DNA of 64,000 nt from contig OX597819.1 in the NCBI GenBank assembly GCA_951406725.2, forward strand, positions 60,884,001 through 60,948,000, in the 5' to 3' direction. How positions within the stretch are numbered: position 1 is the first letter of the stretch; every line of letters starts with the position of its first letter. This DNA comes from Octopus vulgaris (taxonomy: Eukaryota). Below the pieces are notes generated by a model. The model made no database searches. It saw nothing but the letters and a program-made list of their open reading frames with translations, and was not told where the DNA came from. Below are positions 39,466-56,103 of the stretch, piece by piece. Made by a program: the position numbers and the translations under genes.

Positions 39466-39681
39466 ATATGTATGTATGTATGTATATATATATGTATGTA
39501 TGTATGTATATATATATGTATGTATGTATATATATATGTATGTATGTATATATATATGTATGTATGTATGTATATATATATGTATGTATGTATATATATA
39601 TGTATATATATATATATGTATATATGTATATATGTATGTATGTATATATATATGTATGTATATATATATATGTATGTATGT

Positions 39682-39715
<34 letters not shown>

Positions 39716-39722
39716 GTATATA

Positions 39723-39758
<36 letters not shown>

Positions 39759-39981
39759 TATATATATGTATGTATGTATATATATATGTATGTATGTATA
39801 TATATATGTATGTATGTATATATATATGTATGTATGTATATATATATGTATGTATGTATATATATATGTATGTATATATATATGTATGTATATATATATG
39901 TATGTATGTATATATATATGTATATATATATATGTATGTATGTATATATATATATGTATGTATATATATATGTATGTATGT

Positions 39982-40015
<34 letters not shown>

Positions 40016-40940
40016 GTATATATATATATATGTATGTATGTATATATATATGTATGTATATATATATGTATGTATGTATATATATATATATGTATGTATA
40101 TATATATATATGTATGTATATATATATATATGTATGTATATATATATATATGTATGTATATATATATATGTATGTATATATATATGTATGTATATATATA
40201 TATGTATGTATATATATATATGTATGTATATATATATATGTATGTGTATATATATATATGTATGTATATATATATATGTATGTATATATATATGTATGTA
40301 TGTATATATATATGTATGTATGTATATATATATATATGTATGTATATATATATATATGTATGTATATATATATATATGTATGTATATATATATATGTATG
40401 TATATATATATATGTATGTATGTATATATATATATGTATGTATGTATATATATATATGTATGTATATATATATATGTATGTATGTATATATATATATGTA
40501 TGTATGTATATATATGTATGTATGTATATATATATATGTATGTATGTATATATATATATGTATGTATGTATATATATATATATGTATGTATGTATATATA
40601 TGTATGTATGTATATATATGTATGTATGTATATATATGTATGTATGTATGTATATATATATGTATGTATGTATATATATATATATGTATGTATGTATATA
40701 TATATATGTATGTATATATATATATGTATGTATGTATATATATATATGTATGTATATATATATATGTATGTATGTATATATATATATGTATGTATGTATA
40801 TATATATATGTATGTATGTATGTATATATGTATGTATGTATATGTATGTATGTATGTATATATATATGTATGTATGTATATATATGTATGTATGTATATA
40901 TATGTATGTATGTATATATATGTATGTATGTATATATATG

Positions 40941-40979
<39 letters not shown>

Positions 40980-41107
40980 GTATATGTATGTATGTATATA
41001 TATGTATGTATGTATATATATGTATGTATGTATATATATATGTATGTATATATATATGTATGTATATATATATATGTATGTATATATATATATATATGTA
41101 TGTATAT

Positions 41108-41148
<41 letters not shown>

Positions 41149-41157
41149 TATGTATGT

Positions 41158-41191
<34 letters not shown>

Positions 41192-41210
41192 GTATATATA
41201 TGTATGTATG

Positions 41211-41247
<37 letters not shown>

Positions 41248-41248
41248 G

Positions 41249-41300
<52 letters not shown>

Positions 41301-41865
41301 TATGTATGTATATATATATATGTATGTATATATATATATGTATGTATATATATATGTATGTATATATATATATGTATGTATATATATATATGTATGTATA
41401 TATATATATGTATGTATATATATATATGTATATATATATATATGTATGTATATATATATATGTGTGTATATATATATGTGTGTGTATATATATATATGTG
41501 TGTATATATATATGTGTATATATATATATGTGTATATATATATATGTATGTATGTATATATATATATATGTGTATATATATATATGTATGTATGTATATA
41601 TATATGTATGTATGTATATATATATATGTGTATATATATATATGTATGTATGTATATATATGTATATATATATATGTATATGTATATATATGTATATGTA
41701 TATATATATATATGTGTATGTATATATATATATGTATGTATATATATATGTATGTATGTATGTATATATGTATGTATGTATATATGTATGTATGTATATA
41801 TGTATGTATGTATGTATATATGTATGTATATATATATGTATGTATATATATATACATATGTATGT
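38986..41865. repeat. (TA)n/(TATG)n microsatellite array, ~2.9 kb
   Basis: Directly visible. Confidence 0.97.
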
Positions 41866-43281
41866 AGACCTTCTATCTCAGTCTGTTGTCCCAGTTTTCA
41901 AAAAAGGAAACAAATCGCTTGCCGTGAATTACCGTCCAATCTCACTCACCTCTCATATCATCAAGGTATTTGAAAGGGTGCTGAGATCGCGTATGACTCA
42001 CTTCCTTGAGAGTCATAATATGCTGAACCCCAACCAGCATGGATTCCGTAATGGGAGAGATTGCCTGACGCAGCTACTGCATCATTTTGATGACATTTTG
42101 AGAGCCTTGGGAGAGGGTTCCAACACTGATGTCATCTACCTTGATTTCAGCAAGGCCTTTGACAGGGTTGATCATAAGATCCTTCTGAGAAAGCTGTCCA
42201 ATATTGGTGTCACTGGAAAGCTGCTGCAATGGATCAAGTGCTTCCTGTCTAACAGAACCCAACATGTTGTAGTCGAAGGAGTCAAATCCAGCCCAGTCAA
42301 AGTCAGCAGTGGTGTCCCACAAGGCACTGTGTTGGGCCCACTTCTCTTCATCATCTACATAAATGATATTACTGACACCATCAAACACAGTAACATCAGA
42401 ACCTTCGCTGATGATTCCAAGCTCCAGAAGGTCATCAATGGCGTGGATGACCGAATAAACCTTCAGTCAGACCTACTGGCTGTTGTCCAATGGGCGGAAA
42501 AGAATAACATGTTGCTAAATGAAGACAAATTCGAACTGATCCACTTTGGAAGGGAGGATGCTCTGAAACTCCTATACTCTCTTCCTTCTGGAGAAATTCT
42601 CATGGCATCAGAGACCTGGGAGTAACAGTGGACAACAACATAAGCTGGGCTGCACATATAAGCAGCAAAGTTGACATGGCCCGCAGAATGTGTTCCCGGA
42701 TTCTCAGAACCTTCCAGTCGAGAGATTCCCACGCTATTATCCTTCTCTTCTCCACTTTTGCCCGACCCCACCTTGAATACTGCTGTCCACTGTGGTCTCC
42801 CTACACAAAACAAAATATTATGAGAATTGAAGCTCCCCAAAGGTCAATCACAAAAAAGATAGATGGCATGTCAGACCTTGACTACTGGGGTAGACTAGAG
42901 AAGCTGAAATTGTATTCACTCCAACGACGCCGTGAACGCTACATTATCTGTATGATGTGGAAAATATTCAATCAGCACTGTCCAAATGATGTTGGCATCA
43001 CCTTCAAAAGACATCCAAGGCTTGGACCACGTGCCATCCGTCCACAACAAAAATCTAAATCGCATCACATAACGACAATACGGCACAACTATTTCACCTC
43101 AATTGGACCCGCTCTCTTCAACATTACACCAGGACACGTCAAAAAAGAAACTGACCACACAAAATTCAAGAAGTCTTTGGACAAATTCCTTCAAACAGTA
43201 CCGGACAAACCACCCACACCCGGATATGTCTCCGCAAACAATAACTCTCTGCTCGAATGGGCCTTGGTGTCCAAATCCTGA
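41866..43281 (+). pseudogene. CR1 ORF2 RT domain and C-terminus (frameshifted)
   Basis: Non-repetitive end of ORF 39008..42625 continues in ORF 42628..43281. Confidence 0.9.
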
Positions 43282-43369
43282 ACTGAAAGACTTCGTCAGG
43301 TGGTGCTATTAAGTTAGACATGGCCTGGGCCAATACTGGCCAAAAACCTTTCTAAGTTATTCTAAGTTA
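41866..43369 (+). mobile_element. 5'-truncated CR1-clade LINE, copy 1
   Basis: [69 protein letters not shown]; one frameshift near 42610; tail (TTCTAAGTTA)2. Confidence 0.95.
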
Positions 43370-43466
43370 TATATATATATATGTATGCATATATATATAT
43401 ATATGTATGTATATATATATATATATATGTATGTATATATATATATATGTATGTATATATGTATGT

Positions 43467-45840
43467 ATTGATTGATTGATTGATTGATTGATTCTAGTTT
43501 CAGCTTATGAGCTGTGGCCATGCTGGGGCACCACCATTTGGTGTTGCTACTTGGTTTCACTTCACGAAAGCTTTCTAGCAACTGCCATTTGGTGCATGAG
43601 AGAGTTCGATGCAGCTGCCCTCATCTGCCCCTCTTGCCGTGAAGTTGGTTCATCTGGGACACCTGACAGGAAGAGATCCAGCTTCATTTTAAAGACATCT
43701 GCATCCACCCCATGCAGGTCTCTCAGGTTCTTCGGGAGGATATTGAAGAGCTGTGGGCCTCGGAAGCCCAGGCTATCACAGAATCTTGTCCTACATCTTG
43801 ATGGCAAGTTTGGAGTCCTAGGCACCACGCAGTGGCGCCCAGTTCTGGCATTTGCGTAACTCTCGATGCCAAAGTTCAGGACACGTCCCTCCAGGATCTT
43901 CCAGATGTATATTATGGCATATCTTTCCCGCCTACGCTCCAGGGAATATAGTTTTAATCTCTTGAGTCTTTCCCAGTAGCTTACATTCTGCATAGAGGCT
44001 ATCTTCTTCGTGTAGCTACGTTGGATCGCCTCGAGCTCTGTGATCAACTTGACACTGGATGGTGACCATAACTGAGAGCAGTAGTCAAAGTGGCTTAGGA
44101 CAAGTGTCCTCCAGAGGACCATCATGGTTTCTTGTTCTCTTGTTCTAAAGGTTCTGAGGATCCATCCGGCCAGTCGTCTACATTTCATTGCCAATTTAGC
44201 AACATGTACACGAAAGGTCGCGTCATCACTCATGTAAATACCTAGGTCACGCACTGATTGTGCCTCTGGGATTGCTATTCCTCCGGGTCCAGTGTATTCA
44301 TTGGGTATTGCATTTAGTTTTGCATGCTGATAGTATAGAGCTTGAAACTTTTCAGCATTGAACTGCATGCTATTCTTTTCGGCCCACTTGTATATTTTGT
44401 CCAGCTCACATTGCAGGTGTTTAGTGTCCTCAGGGTTCTGTATTGCCTGTGAAACTTTTGTATCATCTGCATAACTTGTGATCGTGGCTCTCTGCGTGGC
44501 TGAGGGCATGTCTGAGAGGGCCATTATGAACAGTAGTGGTCCCAGAACAGTGCCCTGCGGAACACCGCTCACTATTTGCGTGTTAATGGAAGTGGCCCCA
44601 TTGGCTACTACCACCTGACTTCTATCTTTCAGAAAGTCATGAAGCCATTCTCCCAGTTTTCCAACTATGTTGAGATCACGCAGTTTGTGACATATCATTC
44701 CATGATCGACTTTATCAAAGGCCTTTGCAAAGTCGAGATATATCACTTCCACATTTGAGTGGTTGAGCAGCCGTTTCAGCACCCAGTCATAGTGTTGTAG
44801 GAGCTGAGTTAAACAGCTTCTCCCTGGTCGGAAACCATGTTGGGTGTCGGGCAGCAAGTCATTCTCTTTAAGGAAGGTGATCAGCTTCCTTCTGACTATT
44901 CGTTCCATGACCTTGCTGATGTGTGAGGTCAGAGAGATAGGTCTATAGTTCTTGGCTTCCGCTCTGCTACCTCCTTTATGAATGGGGCATATTTTACCTT
45001 CCTTCAGTTTTCTTGGAAGTTTGCCAGCTGCAAGGAAGCTCTGAAAGAGGAACTGCAGTGGTCTTGCTAGGACTCTCTTACATGCTTTTAGGAGGATTGC
45101 CGGGAATCCATCGGGGTCAGTAGCTGAGTCTGTTTTCATTTCATCTATAGCCTTGATTACATCGTCTTCCTTTATATCGATGTAATCTATCGTCGCCGCC
45201 TCTGATTTTATATCTGCAGTGGTAAAAAAGTCAGTTGGATTGGTGATTTGGAGATGCCCAAGGGGTGGAGTGAAAACACTCTTGAATTGCTCATTCAGTA
45301 TTTCACTTACCCTCATTGGTTTTCCTGTAAGTGTGCCATCCTTTTCGAGGAGTGGCCCTATTCTACAGTGCACCGTAGCTGTTTCTTTGGCATACCTGTA
45401 GAAAGCTCTGGGGTTAGATTTTATGTTGTCTATAGCCCAGGCTTCTTTGTCTACTTTTTCTTTTTCATGGGAGAGTTGCAGACATTTTTCGATTTCCAAC
45501 AGTTTTATTTTTAGGCGGGACTTTTCACTGCTTTCAATCTGTTTGTTTAGGCGATTTGAAAATTTTGTACGCCGTCTCATTAAAATTTTCCTCTCTCTGG
45601 GGATTTTGTTCTTGTGTACAGTGGCCTTTCTCTCTGGGACACATTTGTAGCATATGGCTTGCATTATAGACATGAATTGTTGAAGTTTCACGTCGATGTC
45701 TGGCGAGGAGAGACATTTAGGCCAGTTTTGTTTGAGGATCTCTTTCTCAATTTGTTTCCAGTTTGCCTTATGGTAGTTCAAGCTGGAAAGATTCTGAGGG
45801 TTTCTTGTAGGCTGCATGTCCGTGCTCACTTTTGGCCCGT
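43467..45840 (-). mobile_element. 5'-truncated CR1-clade LINE, copy 2 (different family), young
   Basis: Uninterrupted 755-aa frame; short 3' UTR with stem-loop CAGCT-CATA-AGCTG; (AATC)n tail. Confidence 0.96.
43562..45829 (-). CDS. CR1 ORF2 partial: linker, complete reverse transcriptase and C-terminus; endonuclease missing
   Basis: [81 protein letters not shown]; no stops. Confidence 0.9.
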   Translation of the reverse strand: MSTDMQPTRNPQNLSSLNYHKANWKQIEKEILKQNWPKCLSSPDIDVKLQQFMSIMQAICYKCVPERKATVHKNKIPRERKILMRRRTKFSNRLNKQIESSEKSRLKIKLLEIEKCLQLSHEKEKVDKEAWAIDNIKSNPRAFYRYAKETATVHCRIGPLLEKDGTLTGKPMRVSEILNEQFKSVFTPPLGHLQITNPTDFFTTADIKSEAATIDYIDIKEDDVIKAIDEMKTDSATDPDGFPAILLKACKRVLARPLQFLFQSFLAAGKLPRKLKEGKICPIHKGGSRAEAKNYRPISLTSHISKVMERIVRRKLITFLKENDLLPDTQHGFRPGRSCLTQLLQHYDWVLKRLLNHSNVEVIYLDFAKAFDKVDHGMICHKLRDLNIVGKLGEWLHDFLKDRSQVVVANGATSINTQIVSGVPQGTVLGPLLFIMALSDMPSATQRATITSYADDTKVSQAIQNPEDTKHLQCELDKIYKWAEKNSMQFNAEKFQALYYQHAKLNAIPNEYTGPGGIAIPEAQSVRDLGIYMSDDATFRVHVAKLAMKCRRLAGWILRTFRTREQETMMVLWRTLVLSHFDYCSQLWSPSSVKLITELEAIQRSYTKKIASMQNVSYWERLKRLKLYSLERRRERYAIIYIWKILEGRVLNFGIESYANARTGRHCVVPRTPNLPSRCRTRFCDSLGFRGPQLFNILPKNLRDLHGVDADVFKMKLDLFLSGVPDEPTSRQEGQMRAAASNSLMHQMAVARKLS

Positions 45841-45848
45841 ATATATAT

Positions 45849-47249
45849 ATGTTCGTTGGCTATGTTGAGGCCCAAATATTCTCTAATTTCACTGGTCCCA
45901 CTCCTGAACTATATGGTCGTTATATTGACGACATTATCGGTGCCACCTCACTCTCCCGCGAACATCTAGATTCCTTCCTCTCTTTCGTCCAATCTTTCCA
46001 TCCAGCCCTCCACTTCACTTCCACTATCTCCAACACCTCTGTCTCCTTCCTCGACATTTCGGTTAGCATTCTTCACTCCACTCTTACCACCTCCATTCAC
46101 TACAAACACACAGACTCACACTCATACCTCAACTTCTCTTCCTCCCACCCAGAACACACCAAGCTTTCCATCCCCTATTCCCAATTCCTCCGTCTACGTA
46201 GGCTCTGTAGTGACGACCATGACTTTGAGACTCAGTCTCAACGTATGGCTCACCACTTCACCCTACGTGGATACCCCCTCACCACTATCCACACCGCCCT
46301 TGCCAGAGCACGGTCCGTGGACCGTGTATCTGCTCTCTCTTCCCGAACCCGCCCTGTAGTCTCCCGCCTCCCTTTTCCCCTCACTTACCACCCCACGACT
46401 CTACGTCTCCAACGCACCATTCTTCGAGCTTTCCGTCATCTCCAGTCCGACCCGTCCACTTCACACCTCTTCCCTAACCGACCCCTCCCCTCTTTCAAAC
46501 GAGCCCACAACCTTCGAGACCTTTTGGTCCATAGCTCCTTTCCTGACCCTACCTCCCAACCCGGCTCGTTCCCCTGCTCCCGCCCACGTTGCCGCACTTG
46601 CCCTTACCTCTCCAACACCACCCGCCTCACTAGCACCCACCATCGACCCTATCCCATCATCCACTCCTTCACCTGCACCTCCAGCAATATTATCTATTGC
46701 ATCTCTTGCTCTCTCTGCAATTCCTTGTATATCGGACAAACGGGACGCCGCTTGGCTGACCGGTTCGCGGAACACCTTCGTGACATCCACCTTGCGAACG
46801 ACACACCGGTCTCACGCCATTTCCGCTCCACCGGTCACTCCTTGCAACACCTATCTGTGTTCGGTTTGTCCTTACACAGAGGCCATCCGGATTCCCGTTT
46901 GCGCCGTGAACAGGAATTAATCTTCTCTCTTCGCTCTTATACGCCATTTGGTCTCAACTCTCCCCCCTCCTCATCTAACCCCCTCCCCCCTCCTCACCTA
47001 TCCTTTCTCCCCCGACCCCTACTTCTACAGTCCTTCATCCTTTCACCCCTACTCCCCTTCCCTTCTTCCCTCTTTCTCCCTCCCTCTTCCCCTTCCCTCT
47101 GCTCCCTCACTCCCTCTCTCCCTCTTTCCTCCTTCATCCCCCTTCTCCCCCATCCTCTCCTCTTCCCCCTTCTCCTCCCCCTCTTCTTCCCCTCGCCTTC
47201 TCTCCCCCTCTTCTCCCCCTCCCCCTCTTCTCCTCACTACACCACATGA
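45849..47249 (+). CDS. Penelope RT (C-half) plus GIY-YIG endonuclease, partial; last ~90 aa are low-complexity read-through
   Basis: ORF 45816..47249; homology-like sequence ends near YTPFGLN (~46960). Confidence 0.85.
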   Translation: MFVGYVEAQIFSNFTGPTPELYGRYIDDIIGATSLSREHLDSFLSFVQSFHPALHFTSTISNTSVSFLDISVSILHSTLTTSIHYKHTDSHSYLNFSSSHPEHTKLSIPYSQFLRLRRLCSDDHDFETQSQRMAHHFTLRGYPLTTIHTALARARSVDRVSALSSRTRPVVSRLPFPLTYHPTTLRLQRTILRAFRHLQSDPSTSHLFPNRPLPSFKRAHNLRDLLVHSSFPDPTSQPGSFPCSRPRCRTCPYLSNTTRLTSTHHRPYPIIHSFTCTSSNIIYCISCSLCNSLYIGQTGRRLADRFAEHLRDIHLANDTPVSRHFRSTGHSLQHLSVFGLSLHRGHPDSRLRREQELIFSLRSYTPFGLNSPPSSSNPLPPPHLSFLPRPLLLQSFILSPLLPFPSSLFLPPSSPSLCSLTPSLPLSSFIPLLPHPLLFPLLLPLFFPSPSLPLFSPSPSSPHYTT

Positions 47250-47787
47250 CTTTACACATCACATCACATATGATGTGCCATACTAATACACACACCAACT
47301 AATACATACTAATACGTACTAATACATACCAGTACATACTAATACTTACACCAACCCTATACATACACACGTCCAGACCCCGCATACGCACTTATACTCT
47401 CTCACACACACACACACACACCTATACATACCAATACGTACTAATACATACTAATACATACTAATACATACACCAACCCCATACATACGCACGTCCAGAC
47501 CAATCTTACGCACTAATACTCTCTCATACACACACACACACACACACACACCCTTATACATACTAATACATACACCAACCCTATACATACACACATCCAG
47601 ACCCCTCCCACGCACTTTTAGCTGGTCCCTCAACCATTTTATCAACCCTATTATCTCCCCTTATTTCGCTCTCGCGTCTCATGTTTGATCTTTGACCTCT
47701 GGCCAAAATCAGATCGCCATGTTGATTCGTTAGCTACTGCACGCATTTTTTTCTCTCCTTCTTTCTGTGTTTTTCTCTCTCTGTGTA

Positions 47788-47825
47788 TCTTTCTGTTGAA
47801 GAGCGTAGGCTCGAAACGTTAAAGA
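47788..47825 (+). ncRNA. Minimal type-I hammerhead ribozyme-like motif (variant core)
   Basis: TCTTT-CTGTTGA-A-GAGC-GTAG-GCTC-GAAA-CG-TT-AAAGA: stem I TCTTT/AAAGA, stem II GAGC/GCTC, palindromic AACGTT in place of stem III. Confidence 0.6.
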
Positions 47826-47924
47826 CTTGTTTTATTTATATTTCCTGAGCGCCATACTAATACAATTGTTCGTTTGTTTTCCACATGCCTTCGTCTTTTG
47901 TTTATTTTCATAAAGCTTCCCGTT

Positions 47925-52536
<4,612 letters not shown>

Positions 52537-52630
52537 CCGTAATCTCTTTTAGAGAGACTTAGTAATTTTAATATTTCTATTATGTATATATATATATATG
52601 TATGTATATATATATATGTGCGTGTGTGCA

Positions 52631-52780
52631 AAGGGCTTCCACACTGTTTCTGTCAATCAAATTCACTCATAAGGTATTCTTAGCTTGGGGCATTAGAAAA
52701 CACTTGGTCAAGTTGCCGCTCAATGGAATTGAACCGGAAACCACGTGGTTGAAAAGCAAGCTTCTTAACCACGCACCCAT
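52631..52780 (-). mobile_element. Old SINE family A head
   Basis: GGGCTTCCACACTGTTTCTGTC...CAAATTCACTCA...GGAATTGAACCGGAAACCACGTGGTTG...GCAAGCTTCTTAACCAC. Confidence 0.75.
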
Positions 52781-53263
52781 TCTTTCATAACTCTTGGTGA
52801 TTTATCATTTACATATGAAAATCTACAATCTGTTTGCTTCTTTCAGCGTTTGGTTTATCCACGTTGCTACATCTTATTGAATTGATGTAATTCAGAAACC
52901 AGAGAAGATTCACCAGATTAGTTTTAAGTTTCATTCGGGTTTCATTTTCGATTGAACCGACATGTTGCCATATTGTCAATACTAGTTAATTTTCTTCTGG
53001 TTTTCTGTCAATCTTAAAGATTTCTGCGAGTGTCTAATCAAATTCACTAATCAACTTGTGTCATACATTTTCATTTTTTTACCCCCTTTCTTATTGCAAA
53101 TTTATTTTGATATTTGTGTTTTCATATATGGTGTATGGTTTAATTTATGATTGCTTAACTAGATATGATATGATATATCCATTGTGCAGCAAATGGCACC
53201 AACACACATGGAGATCAGTTTTGGCAAAACTCCATTCCAGTGAGAAAGAACTTAATTAACTCA

Positions 53264-53378
53264 TCGTTCTATATTTAAGAGATGAGGAATTATATACATT
53301 ATTTACATTATTTACATTCGACGGATATTTGTCCAAATGAGGACAAATATCCGTCGAATGTAAATAATGAAAATAATG
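53264..53378. mobile_element. 115-bp hairpin insertion with 12-bp TSD (probably a Penelope terminal fragment with inversion)
   Basis: TSD TTAATTAACTCA at 53252-53263 and 53379-53390; 39-bp arms 53296-53334 / 53341-53379 with one mismatch. Confidence 0.8.
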
Positions 53379-53416
53379 TTAATTAACTCAGTTGTTTTTA
53401 ATATTCATGCTGTTAA

Positions 53417-54450
53417 AGGTGGTGAGCTGGCAGAGTTATTAGGTCGCCGGACAAAATGCTTAATGGCATTTCGTCCGTCTTTACGTTCTGAGTTCAAATG
53501 CGGTCGAGGTCGACTTTGCCTTTCATTCTTTCTGGGTCGATAAAATAAGCATCAGTCGAGCAACGGGGTCGAAGTAATCGACTTACCCCGCTCCCCCAAA
53601 ATTGCTGGCTTTGTTCCAAATTTGAAACCAGTATTCATGCTGTTAAAGGTGGTGAGCTGGCAGAATTATTAGCATGACGCCGGAAAAAAATGCTTAATGG
53701 CATTTCGTCCGTCTTTACGTTCTGAGTTCAAAAGCCGCCAAGGGACCTTTGCCCTTTTATCCTTTCGAGGTCGAGAAAATAAGTACCAGTTGAATTCTGG
53801 GGTTGATATAATCGACTCCTTTTCTCGAAATTGTTGCCCTTGTGTAAAAGTTTAAAAAGTAATATTCTTTTCTACTCTTGGCACAAGGCCCAAAATTTTG
53901 GGGGAGGAGGCCCAGTCGATTAGATCCACCCCAGTACGCAACTGGTACTTAATTTATCGACCCCGAAAGGATAAAAGGCAAAGTCGGCTTCGGCGGAATT
54001 TGAACTTAGAACATAGCGGCAGACGAAATACTGCTAAGCATTTCGCCCGGCGTGCCTACGACTCTGCCAGTTCGCCGTTCACCGTCCTTTTAAAAGCAAT
54101 ATTCTTTTCTTTTCTAGGCACAAGGCCCGAAATTTTGGGGGAGGGGGGCCCAGTCGATTAGATCGCCCCAGTACGCCCGGTGTGCTAACGATTCTGCCAG
54201 CTCGCCGCCTTTTTAAAAGTAATATTCACGCCGTTAAGGGCAGCGAGCAAGCAGAATCGACAGCGCTTTGTATATGAAGCTTTGAGTTCTGAGTTCTTTA
54301 AGTTCTGAGTTCAAATCTCCCCAAGTTCAACTTTGCCTTTCATTCTTTTAAAGTCACTAAAACAAAATACCAGTGAAGAACTGGGTCAATTTAATCAACT
54401 GACCCAGCTCTCACTTTGAAATTGCTGGTCTTGTGCCAAAATTAGAAAGG
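53417..54450. mobile_element. SINE family B cluster: two + copies in tandem, - copies, then a + copy
   Basis: TATTCATGCTGTTAAAGGTGGTGAGCTGGCAGA repeated at ~53403 and ~53633; inverted copies at 53865-54210. Confidence 0.85.
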
Positions 54451-54733
54451 AATATTTACGCTGTTTAGAGTTGTGATGAGGTAATGACAGATCAGCAGCA
54501 GTAGTAACAGCAACAGCAGACTGATTTGACGTCTTTAGTTACGCCCCTCTACTCTCTGAATTACTCGTCCCGCTGAGATCAATTTTGTTCTCTCATCGTT
54601 TTAAGGCGGAGGAAAGTAACTGAGAGCCTTGTACTGGAATCTAATAAATCGACGACACCCCACACCCCGGAAACTTGCTCTCTTGTTATCAATAATGGAA
54701 ATATACTAAGCTGCGAATAGATATCTAAACTCA

Positions 54734-54781
<48 letters not shown>

Positions 54782-55015
54782 TATACACACACACACACAT
54801 ATCAATGCAGTTGTATATTTTTAGTGTTTGATGACCTATTATTATGTATGCACATGTATATATAACTGTTTCTATCAACACACGTATAGTAGACACAAAC
54901 ATACATACCTCAGCGCATGCGTGGCTGAGTGGTAAGAAGCTTGCTTCCCAACCACATGGGACCTTGAGCAAGTGTCTTCTACTATAGCCTCGAACCGACC
55001 AAAGCCTTGTGAGTG

Positions 55016-56103
55016 GACTCAGAACGTAAAGTCAGACGAAATACCTATTTCTTTACTACCCACAAGGGGCTAAACACAGAGGACAAACAAGGACTGACAA
55101 ACGGATTAAGTCGATTATATCGACCCCAGTGCGCAACTAGTACTTATTTAATCGACTCCGAAAGGATGAAAGGCAAAGTCGACCTCGGCGGAATTTGAAC
55201 TCAGAACGTAGCGGCAGACGAAATACCTATTTCTTTACTACCCACAAGGGGCTAAACACAGAGGGGACAAACAAGGGCAGACAAACGGATTAAGTCGATC
55301 ATATCGACCACAGTACGTAACTGGTACTTATTTAATCGACCCCGAAAGGATGAAAGGCAAAGTCGACCTCGGCGGAATTTGAACTCAGAACGTAGCGGCA
55401 GACGAAATACCTATTTCTTTACTACCCACAAGGGGCTAAACACAGAGAGGACAAACAAGGACAGACAAACGGATTAAGTCGATTATATCGACCCCAGTGC
55501 GCAACTAGTACTTATTTAATCGACTCCGAAAGGATGAAAGGCAAAGTCGACCTCGGCGGAATTTGAACTCAGAACGTAGCGGCAGACGAAATACCTATTT
55601 CTTTACTACCCACAAGGGCTAAACACAGAGGGGACAAACAAGGGCAGACAAACGGATTAAGTCGATCATATCGACCACAGTACGTAACTGGTACTTATTT
55701 AATCGACCCCGAAAGGATGAAAGGCAAAGTCGACCTCGGCGGAATTTGAACTCAGAACGTAGCGGCAGACGAAATACCTATTTCTTTACTACCCACAAGG
55801 GGCTAAACACAGAGAGGACAAACAAGGACAGACAAACGGATTAAGTCGATTATATCGACCCCAGTGCGCAACTAGTACTTATTTAATCGACTCCGAAAGG
55901 ATGAAAGGCAAAGTCGACCTCGGCAGAATTTGAACTCAGAACGTAGCGGCAGACGAAATACCTATTTCTTTACTACCCACAAGGGGCTAAACACAGAGCG
56001 GACAAACAAGGACAGACAAACGGATTAAGTCGATCATATCGACCACAGTACGTAACTGGTACTTATTTAATCGACCCCGAAAGGATGAAAGGCAAAGTCG
56101 ACT
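55016..56103 (-). repeat. SINE-B-derived tandem array, ~184-bp unit, ~6 copies
   Basis: GAACTCAGAACGTAGCGGCAGACG starts at 55197, 55381, 55565, 55748, 55932. Confidence 0.97.

Larger units (their letters stand above)
45849..47924 (+). mobile_element. 5'-truncated Penelope-like element (Neptune-type)
   Basis: RYIDD RT core, FLD, Cys linker CSRPRCRTC, GIY-YIG NIIYCISCSLCNSLYIGQTGRRLADRFAEH; pyrimidine-rich and CA-rich 3' region; terminal hammerhead-like motif. Confidence 0.93.

Noticed and set aside
55016-56103. CRISPR-like regular array
   Set aside because: Whole 184-bp units repeat with no unique spacers; SINE-derived, eukaryotic context, no cas genes.
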